A stretch of 63,982 nt of DNA, filler included, from Octopus bimaculoides (taxonomy: Eukaryota): NCBI RefSeq assembly GCF_001194135.2. It is 6 parts of 5 records of this genome, joined end to end, with 100 filler letters (N's around TTAATTAATTAA, not from the genome) between each part and the next. Parts side by side here need not be neighbours in the genome. Positions count along the whole stretch, not along the records: positions 1 to 25,259 come from NC_069006.1; 5 more parts are not named here. One strand, 5' to 3'. The notes under the pieces were generated by a model. The model did not search any database. It had not been told where the DNA came from and saw nothing but the letters and a program-made list of their open reading frames with translations. The position numbers and the translations under genes are program-made. This document shows, piece by piece, positions 1 to 11,300 of the stretch (its first letter is position 1; each line of letters begins with the position of its first letter).

Positions 1-86
1 ATATATTATACTTAATGAATTAAAAACTGTTTAGTATGATCTTATAATCTTTATAACAACTTCCTAATCATGTTTAATATCAAATA

Positions 87-359
87 TTACAGACTCTCTA
101 ACCAGTCTATCTCCCAATTTTGAGCTGCAATTTTACGCTCATTTCTTGCTTTGCTTTTTTCCGCACTGCGACGTAACTTTTCTGCTGGGATTTTTGATAT
201 AGAGAAAGGGGTTACAGCAACCCGGCTAAAGCGAGGGCAAGTGCTGCTGCTCCATACATTCAACTTCCTTCTCAGAGATGCAGAAATCTTGGTTTCTGTC
301 ATATTCTTGCTGATATACAATTCAACGTTGTCTATTTTGTTGTTGTAAATCATCAGAAT
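87..359 (-). CDS. Exon 21 (terminal coding exon)
   Basis: ttgttttgcag|[18 protein letters not shown]...[30 protein letters not shown]; 273 nt, phase 0; the 3' UTR runs off the window start. Confidence 0.8.
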   Translation of the reverse strand: MLMIYNNKIDNVELYISKNMTETKISASLRRKLNVWSSSTCPRFSRVAVTPFSISKIPAEKLRRSAEKSKARNERKIAAQNWEIDWLESL

Positions 360-1020
360 CTGCAAAACAAGATGACATTTTTCTGTAATTAACCATTTAG
401 CATTTAAACAGACCACATGATTCAGGGTTCAGTCCCACTGTGTGGAACCTTGAGCAACTATTTTTTTTTACTATAGCCTCAAGCTGACCAAAGTCTTGTG
501 AGAGGATTTGGTTGAGGGAAACTGAAAGAAGCCTGAGGCACCAGTACCCCACCCTTACTTCACTGCTTGCTTTATATTCAGCTTTGCACTGCACACATAT
601 ATATCTTATATATAAAATAAATCTCTGTGTGTGTGTTTGTTTTTCACATGAAAACGGCTGCCCGAATTGGTCCCATACTTGGGGTGCATGAAGAGTTTGA
701 CTTGGAATACAATAAAATGGTCTTGGTTTATTTTTTTTTTATCAAAAATAAATAATATTGCTTTATATAAGATTAACTTCTTTAAAAAAGTTTTTCAATG
801 TTAATTTCTGGTACTGACGTAGTAACTGCAGCTAGCTCGACATACACATGTATGTCTGATGTAGCAACTGTGGCTAGCTACACACACATGGATGTCTGAT
901 GTAGCAGCTGCAGCTAGCTACACACACACATGGATGTCTGATGTAGCAACTGTGGCTAGCTACACACACACATAGATGGATAGATAGCTAGCTAGCTAGC
1001 TAGCTAGATAGATAGATAGG

Positions 1021-1051
<31 letters not shown>

Positions 1052-2309
1052 GATGGATAGATATATAGAGATAGATTGGATAGATAGATAGATAGATAGA
1101 TAAAGAGGTAGACAGACAGATTAGATAGATAGATAGATAGATAGATAGGCAGGCTGAGAGGTAGATAGATATAGATAGATATAGATAAATAAATATAGCT
1201 AGAGAGATAGATAGATTTAGATTTAAATAAAAGCGGTTAAAATGTAAATACTCATCAACAGTGTATTGTACACATTCATGTGTGTATGTGTAGCTAGCAT
1301 CCAAAATTCCTACAAATATACTTTACGAGTGATTCTCAACAAGAAGGGCAAGAGAGGTACAAGAACATTTCTGGCATCAGGATGACCATTGTAGTGTTTC
1401 CGTAAAAGATGCTGCACAACAACAAGAACAGTAAAAAGCCTGATTAGAAACTTCAAGACTGCACTTGAAACAATTCTACCTGACTCCAGCAAATACAAGG
1501 GAGTAAGAAAAGAGTACTGTGTTAAGTAAGTCTGAGTTTATAATCTGAATGAAACTGGGTCCTTCTGCTTATATATATATATCTCAAGAGGTCAAGAGTT
1601 CAATTCCTGAAGCAGCCAGTCTGTTGTGTCCTTGGGCAAGACTTCATTTTACATTGCTCCAAAGCACTGAAGTAAAAACGAGCGGGGATGGTGGTGGCAG
1701 TGATGGTGGCATTGGTGTTGCTGATAGTGCTGAAGGTGGTGGTGGTGGTGGTTGTGCTGGTGGTGGAGGTGGTGGTGATGGTGGAGGTGGTGATGGTGGA
1801 GGTGGTGGTGATGGTGGAGGTGGTGGTGGTTGTGATGGTGGTAATGATGGTGGCGGCAATGATGATGACGACGACGACAACGATGAAGAGTTGAACAAAC
1901 AAACAGAAGTAGCCATTTACCTTGAGGACATTTCGAAGAACATCAACATCTTTGTCCGTCTCCAGAAACACGATGACTTTACCCGAGGCTCTCATTGCAA
2001 GTTCTTGCTCCAAGAGTTCCATCAGAGGGGAAGGATTGTCATCTCCACCAAAGAGCAGTTCCTTTACCGTTTCACTCTCTTTAACATTGTACTTGGAGTC
2101 AAGAAGAGGCTCTGAAACAACAAAACCACTGCAGTTCATTCTCCTACAACTGTATTGATCTGTCTGTCTGTCTATGTATCTATCTACCTTATCTACATAT
2201 TTATCTATCTGTCTGTCTGTCTGTCTGTCTGTTCAACCATCCATCTGTCCACCTGTCTGTCTGCCTATGTATGTATGTATGTATGTATGTATGTATGTAT
2301 GTATGCATG

Positions 2310-2343
<34 letters not shown>

Positions 2344-5284
2344 TGTACATATGTATCTGTCTATAGATAGACAGATAGATAGTTACATACATACATATAT
2401 ATACACACACACATGTGTGTATGTATCTATGCATATATTAGTGTATGTATGTGGCTGTGTGCATATGTATGTATATATGTATATGTGAGTCTATGGCTGT
2501 GTTGCCATTAGGTCTGAAAATCGAATGGAAGTCTCAAAAGAACCTAACTGCAGTTCTTGGTGATCCAAAGCAGATATGCAATTTATGTGGGTGTCTTTTC
2601 AAAACAATGTCTGGTTTTAAAAGTCACATCAGACGCCATGATAGATCTAAGGTGTAAGTACAAGAGATGGTCAGAATTCTGCATAAAGAGCAGACAACCA
2701 CCATGGCTCTGTGTGTGTGTGTGTACATTTGAAAGAGAAAGACAGAGAATGTGTGAGATAATGTTAGAGATAAAGAAAGTGGAAAGCCAAGGAAGGAAAC
2801 CAATTTTCCTTGAGGAATGAAACCAATTTTCCTCCCACACCAGTCTCCTCCCACTAACACCCAACCGAATATAGATGCCTCACTTACAGCCTTCCCTCCT
2901 TCCCCTCCCCTAGCATTCCTACCTTCCTCCTTTCCCCTTCTTCCTCCTCCTCTTCTTCTTCTCATTCCTCCTATGCCCTTCTCTTTCCTCCTCTTCTTCA
3001 TCATCCTTCTCCTTCCCAGTTACATTCACAAAGTGTCCTCTCGCACTCTCTCTCTCTCTTCTGTATCTCTCTCTCTCTATTCTGTATCTCTCTCTCTCTC
3101 TTCTATATCTCTCTCTCTCTCTCTCTCTTCTCTATTTCTCTCTCCCTCTCTATTCCCATCTTTCACTCTCCCTCTGCCTCCCTCCCTCTCTCTCTTTCTC
3201 TCTTTCCTGCGAGGTGCTGATATTTACCAATGACCGCATAGAGAGGGATTGTCTCAATACAGATGTTGCCTTGTTCACAGGCCAAATGGTGGACCATGCT
3301 GTTGGTATTTGTGCTGCTGTAGAATGCGACGGTGTTGTGTAAGTTGGGAAAAGGCTTGCTGGCCTTATTCATGAATGTCCGTAGGAGCTGACTGCAAGCT
3401 TGAGTCTTTTGCAACCACACTGTCCCTGTAAAGGAAAGTATATATAGATATGTGTGTGTGTGTGTGTGTGTATTTGAAATTTATAGAAAAACAAAAGACA
3501 AAGACGGGTGTATGAACAATAAGCAGGTGTATTAGTTTGACGCTCGGAAAAAATGAAAAAGTTTTTTACGTTTCGAGCCTATGCTCTTCAACAGAAAGGA
3601 ATAAGAGAAAATAAACAGAGAGAGAATGAAAAAACTTGTACAGTTCAGCAGTCCAACATGGCAAATGATATATATATACATATATATATCTATATATTGT
3701 CATCATCATCATCATCATTTAACTGAGGACTGGCGAGCCAGAAGGCTGCACCAGGATCCAATCTGATCGGGCAAAATTTCTACTGCTGGATGCCCTTCCT
3801 AACGCCAACCATTCCGAGAGTGTAGTGGGTGCTTTTACATGCCACTGGCACGATGGCCAGTCAGGCAGTACTGGCAACGACCATGCTCAAAAGGTGTATT
3901 TTATGTGCCACCTGCACGGGAGCCAGTCCGGCGGCACTGGCAATGACCACACTCAAATGTAAGCCAATGTTCTCTTGTCATTTATTTAATTTCATATTAT
4001 GCTCTGTACTCAAGTAATGCTTTATTCTGAAGTATATATATATATTGAGTTTTTCTCCATTGAGGGTTCTTATGACGCAAGTTATTTGGTGACCTCACTG
4101 GTGCTGGTGGTACATAAAAAGCACCCAGTACACTCTGTAAAGTGGTTGGTATTAGGAAGGGCATCCAATTGCAGAAACCCTGTCAAAGCAAACAGCAGAG
4201 CTTGGTGTAGTCTTATGACTTGCCTATTCCTGTCAAACCTTCCAACCCATGCCAGCATGGAAAAGGGACATTAAAGGATGATGATGATGATGACACAATA
4301 CAAAATGATGCAAGGAGCTACTTTGATTGAAAAGTCAAAATAATTCAAAAACCAAATTAAACTCTACCTGATCCAGAACAACCACCGCAATTGTCAACCA
4401 AACATTTTCTGGTGTCTACCATTATGTCACTTGTATCCATAGCACTGGCACCGGCAGCAGAGATCAGCCGTTCTATAAATGTTGAGGTTTCTTTTTCACG
4501 TTGAGCCTGTGTAGATTTACACACGTCTTGCTCTTTGACATTGTTGTTGGTGCAGAAACTGCCAGAGAAGGAAAGTCTAGGATTACTTTCAATAAAATGA
4601 AGTCACTTTGAAAATAGTTCATGAAACTGTATCAGTGAGACAAACCTGAGAGTTTTTAACACTTTCATCACATTTGGCAAACAATGACTTCTTTGATTAC
4701 AGGGCCCCATGGAACTGATCATTAGCTTACTGTATTGCCATGGTGATAGGGACCAGGTCGTTAAAGGGAAACACAAGCAGAATAAATATCATGAAAATCA
4801 TTTGTTGGAATGCTCCAGTTTATTGCTTAAATATACATACATACAAACAAAACACCTTGTTGATGTTGAAATTCCAATGAAGGAGCCTTGAATCTAGGTT
4901 AGAAACCAACTCTTTCTCCATTGACAAGAAATCTTGAAATAAAACTGAACAATGACACACATACATACATACATTCATATATACATACGTACAGTAGTGG
5001 TCAAATGTTTGGAACATTTTTTTAGAAATTGAAATTCTTATGCTAAAGTACAATTCGATTCAAATATATAACTTTAGGCATTCAATATAAAAATTGTAAT
5101 TTTCAGATCTTTGTTTCAAACTTTTGGCCACAACAGTGTGCTAGTAATGTTAAGCAGAAGCAACAGAGTGACTCAAAGGCTGAGAGTTTCATGTGTTAAG
5201 GGCCAGCATACAAAACACTTTTCTGTTAAATCAGTCTGTTGCTTCTGCTAAATATCAATAAAAATATGCAAATACTCGTATTTT

Positions 5285-5338
<54 letters not shown>

Positions 5339-5902
5339 CATACACACACATGCAAACATATATATATGATATATTATATACAATGTATTGTTTGCCTTTT
5401 TTTGGTAGGATTGACAAAAAAAGGTAAATCCAGCAAGTGATAAATATTATTTAATAAATTCAGTATCTACATTTGAGCTACTGCAAGTTTCATGTTAAGA
5501 TACAGCAGTAACAAGGCATGTTTGTATAGCATACTCATCATTGATTTATTCTCCTTTTCTCTTTTTTTCTCAGGGAGTAGCCATGTTTATTGAACCTGAC
5601 TGATTGAAACTATTTGAATGGTTTCTGCTCTTTTAAGCCAGCTGGTCTCATCTATCTTCAGCCAAACGTTCCTCTTCCAAAATACAGTGACTCTGTCCCC
5701 ACTACAACCACCACCACTGCCATCACACCAAACCATTAGAAAGCATCTTTGAAACAACAGAGAAAAACTTACTCAGTTCCTTCTGAGTAGAGAGAAAGGT
5801 AATAAAAATCTTCCCCCAGAATGGGTTTCTTGCAAGCTTCTTCCAGGTCAGTCGATGATATCAAAGAACCACCTGTGATACGAACAATGATAGTAATAGA
5901 GC

Positions 5903-5946
<44 letters not shown>

Positions 5947-8049
5947 TCACAGTGGGTGCATTAGTTATGATATAAAGAATATTCAAATACATAACAAAAA
6001 TACCAGGACTAACAAGTGTATATAACATACAGAAAATAGCACTACTAGGCACCACACACATCCTTCGTAAAACACTTTCAATACAGTGAAAATAAGGACA
6101 CCACAACAAACCACAGCACATACCCAAGGCACACAGAGCTGTGCTCGGTAGTGCAGTGAAAGCACGTAATAATGACTATTGAATAATAATAATAATAATA
6201 ATAATATATATAACATACAGAAAATTGCACTACTGGGCACTGCACACATCCTACGCAAAACACTTTCAATACAGTAACCATAAGAGCATTACAGCAAACC
6301 ACAGCACATACCCAAGGCGCACAGAGCTGCGCTCGGTAGTGAAGTGAAAGCACGTTATAAAAATAAAACTACTGAACAACAATAATAATAATAATAATAA
6401 TAATAATAATTCTTTCTTCTACTATAGGCACATGATCTGAAGTTTTGGGGGAGGGGTAAGTCAAATATCTAATGGAGGCCTCAAAAGACATTTTAAGATC
6501 CACAAAGATCAGAACTTAACTAAAGCTTCTTGGTGGTCCAAATCGGATATTCAATCTATATGGGTGCCTTTTCAATACATTGTCTGGATTTTAAAAAACC
6601 ACATCAGACGCCATGATGAATCTAAGGTGTAAATATAAGAGGTGGTCAGACTCTATATAAGGAGTAGACAACCACCATGTGTATGTATAATATTTTGTGT
6701 ATGTATAATATTTTGTGTATGTATAATATTTTGTGTATGTATAATATTTTGTGTATGTATAATATTTTGTGTATGCTGCCCTTTGAGACACTAATCCTTC
6801 ATTTGTCAACACGTGAACCTGTCTGTCTGCTTATTCTTCCTTCCCTCTCTAACATCCCCAACTATTCATTTGTTAACCTGACACAGAACAGTCTTACATA
6901 CCAACCTCAATTCCAATCCATACCTGTGTGCGCAGCATCAGAAAATTTCTTGAGCTGTCTAAAAGTTTCATTGTTTCCTCCAGCATTCCATATTTTTATG
7001 AAATGTTTTCCATTTTGTGGCCTCAGATCCACATAGATGGAGCTGCTGTGAAGTCCAATTCCGAGAGACCAATCAACTGCCCGTAACGACGGACTGCATT
7101 GTCGGATGACTGTTTCTGCCAGAAGTAAAAGATGGTTTGAATCTTTGTCTTTTGTTGTCAATTCAACTGCTTTTCCTGCCTGGAATCGGTGAAGTTCTTC
7201 AATATGGCGGTGATTTAGGTTGAGGAGATTGGCTGTTGATGAACGATAAGCACCATTAGGTGTGATGTGGAATTTCTCTGGGAAAGCTTCCTTAACTCTT
7301 TCTAAACATGTCAAAATCTGTGGATCAAGTCGGAAATAACGCACATTGGAAAAGAGAAAGTCTTTTATTTTGAAATTCGGAGAGAGGTTTGTCATCTTGT
7401 TTGACCCATCAAATAACATACTTGCCCCAGATTCTGACTGGAGAGGTCTTGGATAATCATATTCTTGTGACTGAGAAAATGGTGGTTGAACCACTAGTAA
7501 ACTCTGGCTGAGAAAATCCACCTCGTTTGCTACCCAGCCAGCTTGTTTCTTAACAAATACTTCAATGAATGAATGGCTACTATAGGAGACATAGTCAAAA
7601 CTGGCACATATGGCCAATAAAGAAAGTTGCTGGAGGTATAATCCCGGGTTTGCTGTTGTTGTGAGCCGTAATCCTCTACAATAAAGATAAAATGAAATAA
7701 TGAAAAGAACTATATTCATTATATTTTGGTAAAAATGGTTACTAACTATTTTTAACTCAATATATAATGTTGGGTGTCTGGAAGTTTTTCGTTTTTGTTT
7801 TGATGGAGGCTTGAGTGTGAGTGTTTGTAGATTCTAGGTTTAAACATGTTGCTGGTTAACAACATCATAAACAATACCTAAAAGGAAAATTGTAATTGCT
7901 TACCTGCCTTCTGTGTACAAGGGATGAAATTGGTCAGGTTTGGGCTTGTATTCCGAAGCTTCTTTATGACTCATTAGGACTTTAATAACTGCAGATAGAT
8001 ATAACATTACTTTATCAGGATGTAACTGCACACACACATATATAGACAT

Positions 8050-8083
<34 letters not shown>

Positions 8084-8275
8084 GGACTGGTGAGTGTATT
8101 TATAACTAAGGTGAAAATCAAAATCAATACATAAGAAAAAGGGTATAAATTTGAAGATATTTTATGAGAAGCTGAAGCTTCTTGAATCAGAACTGGGTTC
8201 GATGGTGTCTATTATTGAAGTATTTGAACAAATGGAAGCCTGATACTTAAAGCTTTGGATTCAAGGATGAAGATG

Positions 8276-8314
<39 letters not shown>

Positions 8315-11300
8315 GTTTCAAATTTTGCCACAATGGCAGCAATTTTGGGGGAGGAGATGAATTGATTACATCGACCCCCAGTGTTTCACTGGTCCTTAAT
8401 TTATCGACTCTGAGAGGATGAAAGGCAAAGTCGACCTCGGCAGAATTTTACCTTTCATCCTTTCAGGGTTAATGATGATAATACACACACACACACACAC
8501 ACACACATTTACAACAACAAGAAATGATTTTCCTACCTGTTTTTAGAGCTGGTTTCTTTGCTGGAAAGTAATTAAAAATAATAATTATTTTTTGATCAAA
8601 GGTAATATTGGTGATTAGGGATCATTGACTAGCGGTTAGGGACTTATGATAGAAGTTGGGGATTAAGTATTAGGGATTAGAGTTGAAGATTATGCATTAG
8701 TTATTAGCAAATGGAAGAAAAGATTTACAATTTTCATAATTACAAACAGCAAGCTAAGGGAAATAACCCAAGTCCTGTAAATTTAGAATCTTCCAGCATT
8801 CCATAAAATAGCACCAAATGGTGTTTGCCTCTTAATTGGAGAATGAAAACAAACACCCAATGGCAACTCAGAAAGGAAAAGAGAGAGATAATTTCAGGAA
8901 AATAAAAATTAATTACATAGAAAATAAAAATTTTTTATGCTTAGAAGAGAAATATGATGTCCATTAGCAAGCAAGGGTACAATGACTTTCGACCTGTTCC
9001 CATCTTATTTGCCCTCATCAAGGAGACAATGCCAGATATATTTTGATCTTATTGCACCACTTGTAATTTTAGTTTAATTGAAAATATTTTGCAGCTTACC
9101 TCCAACTCAACCATCTCTATAGTAACTGTACTTAGCTGTATAGTTTTTATGGCAGAAGGTACCCACAGACTATATGTGTGCACACACATGTGGGTATGTG
9201 TATACATCATCATCAACATTATCATCATCACCATTTAATGTCTGCTTTCCATGCTGGCATGGGTTGGATGCATCAAGCTGCAATTGTCTGTTTTGACCTG
9301 GTTTCTATGGCTGGGTACCTTTCCTAATGTCCCCCATTTTGCAGAGCGCATTGGGTGCTCTGTATGTAGGCACAGCATTAGTAAGGTGACCAAGGAACTT
9401 ACAAGACGTGAAACCCTCAACTCTGTGGGGGTGGGGGGTTGTGTTTGGGGAGGTGACTTTGAGCCAGGTGATGAGAAGTTAAAGCATGATAAAGGGACAG
9501 AAACAGGTGTCTTGCTGTAGAAGAGATACATAGCTACCCCAGTTGGAAAAAGAGAGAGAAAATAGTTAAGAGGTGTTAGAGTATATTTGTACAGAACTTG
9601 AACTGTAAAAGAATTTTTTTTCTTTATCTTCTGTCATCTGGAAATTGCCATAATCCTTACCTGTTCTAAAATTATCACCTCCTCTAGAAATAGTCAGCAT
9701 CATTTTTATGTTATCAAAAATTGGCAAGGTTGTTTTACTCATATCATAGAATGCTTCTCCTTTCAGTGACGCCACCATTTCAATTCACCAATTTCATCTT
9801 GTAATAACTCACCTTGCAGCCAAATGTTCATTAAACGAGATAACTCTCGCAGACGACTTGCCAGACGTCGACTCATAACACGTCTATTGCACCATTCCCA
9901 AGGTTCATCTGTTGCACTTGCTCGACTGCAATCGTCTCTGCAACATCTTAGAGTGTTTCCACACCAATTCTTTGACGGTCCCTCTGACTCAAACTCGATA
10001 TCGTTAAAAGGGTACACGTATAAACTGTAAAAACACAACATAAAATAAAGAGATATAATAGGACCAGCGACAAGCTGGTGCTCCAGATTGACCACAGTCT
10101 AATGTTTGAAACTTGCAAAAGGTAAAAAAAAAAAAAAAAGGACGACGTCCACTGTTTTANNNNNNNNNNGACGACGTCCACTGTTTTAAATCAGAAGTGA
10201 CACACATTTATAATGTAGTCTAAGGTTTATCATGCCAGGGAAAAAGACAAGATGGCCAGACTTGTATGAAAAAGCAAACATTAACCTTTTTGGTACCAAT
10301 CCAAATGAGACTGCCCCTAGTCTAAGGTAGAACCACAAAGATTCCCATTAAAATGTTATATTAGTCTAAGTTTTAAACACCAGATTAATAATGAGAAAAT
10401 GGTTTTACTAAATTCTTGATTCATTTTAAGAATTAATTGAAACATAACAGTGTATTTCTGCAGAAATATGATAGCAAAAGGATTAAACTGATTAACGAAC
10501 AATACAGATCGTTAAATCCAAAATGATAAAAACAAAACGATTATCTTTGTTTTTCACAAAATAAATTTACTTCAAATTTTCTTCTCAACACTTGATTTTT
10601 TAAAATTATAATTACAAAAAATATGGTCATGTGGTAAGAAGTTTGTTTCTCAACCACATGGCTCTGGGTTCAGTCCCACTGTGTAGTACCTTGGGCAAGT
10701 GTCTTCTATTATAGTCACAGGCCAAACAAAGCCTTCGGAGTGGATTTGGTAGATGGAAACTAAAAGGAGTCCGTCGTATATATATGTCTTTGTGCTTTAC
10801 CCCTGTCACCACTGACAACAGGTGTTGGTTTGTTTATTTCTTTGGCAAAAACAGACCGACAGGGAAAATACTAAATTTGGGTCGGCAAAAATTGACTCTA
10901 ATTTCGTAATCTTTGTTCTTAACGCTCAAACTAGAGCAAGTAATGCAGGGGAGATAACTCCAGAAATGCAGTTTATTTAACCCCCCTCCATTCCCCACTA
11001 TTGCACCCTGTTATCATTAAATTCTCCTTTATCTTTTACTTCAGTCGTTAAACTGCGGCCATGGACATCTGCTTCGAAACCGCCAGCTACTATATCCAGA
11101 CTATGAATTCATATTCATACCAACAATAATCGGAGCACTAGGTTTTGTTAGTAAATGCTTAAAGGAGAATCTGGATAAACTGGGGTTTTCAGAAAGAGAA
11201 ATTGACCAAATAGTTCATACATTACAAGTGCAATCTGTGAGTGGAACAGTAAAAATATGCAAGACTTTTCTCAAGTTCCAAATGTGAATTTGTCTATGTT

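Noticed and set aside
1322-1411. Possible extra in-frame exon ([30 protein letters not shown], phase 0->0)
   Set aside because: The donor is weak (GTATAT). Direct joining RNVLK|ILMIYN is phase-compatible and reads naturally, so the exon is not needed. It cannot be excluded without RNA data.
1549-2115. Gly/Asp-rich, Pro-rich, YI/HT/CV-repeat and poly-X ORFs throughout the ORF track
   Set aside because: These are translations of (GGT)n, (GAT)n, (TA)n, (CA)n and (TAGA)n microsatellites or of N-gaps; this one is antisense to real exon 20
9566-9778. 70-aa minus-strand ORF just downstream of exon 13
   Set aside because: It lies past a strong GTGAGT donor, is not required by the phase chain, and has no recognisable motif
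10141-10187. Short direct repeats flanking 10-N gaps (also at about 34996-35200 and 46783-47130)
   Set aside because: Identical sequence on both sides of a minimal gap indicates unmerged contig overlaps
10627-10700. tRNA genes suggested by A/B-box-like sequence
   Set aside because: These are heads of multi-copy SINEs that continue into non-tRNA bodies and lack an intact cloverleaf
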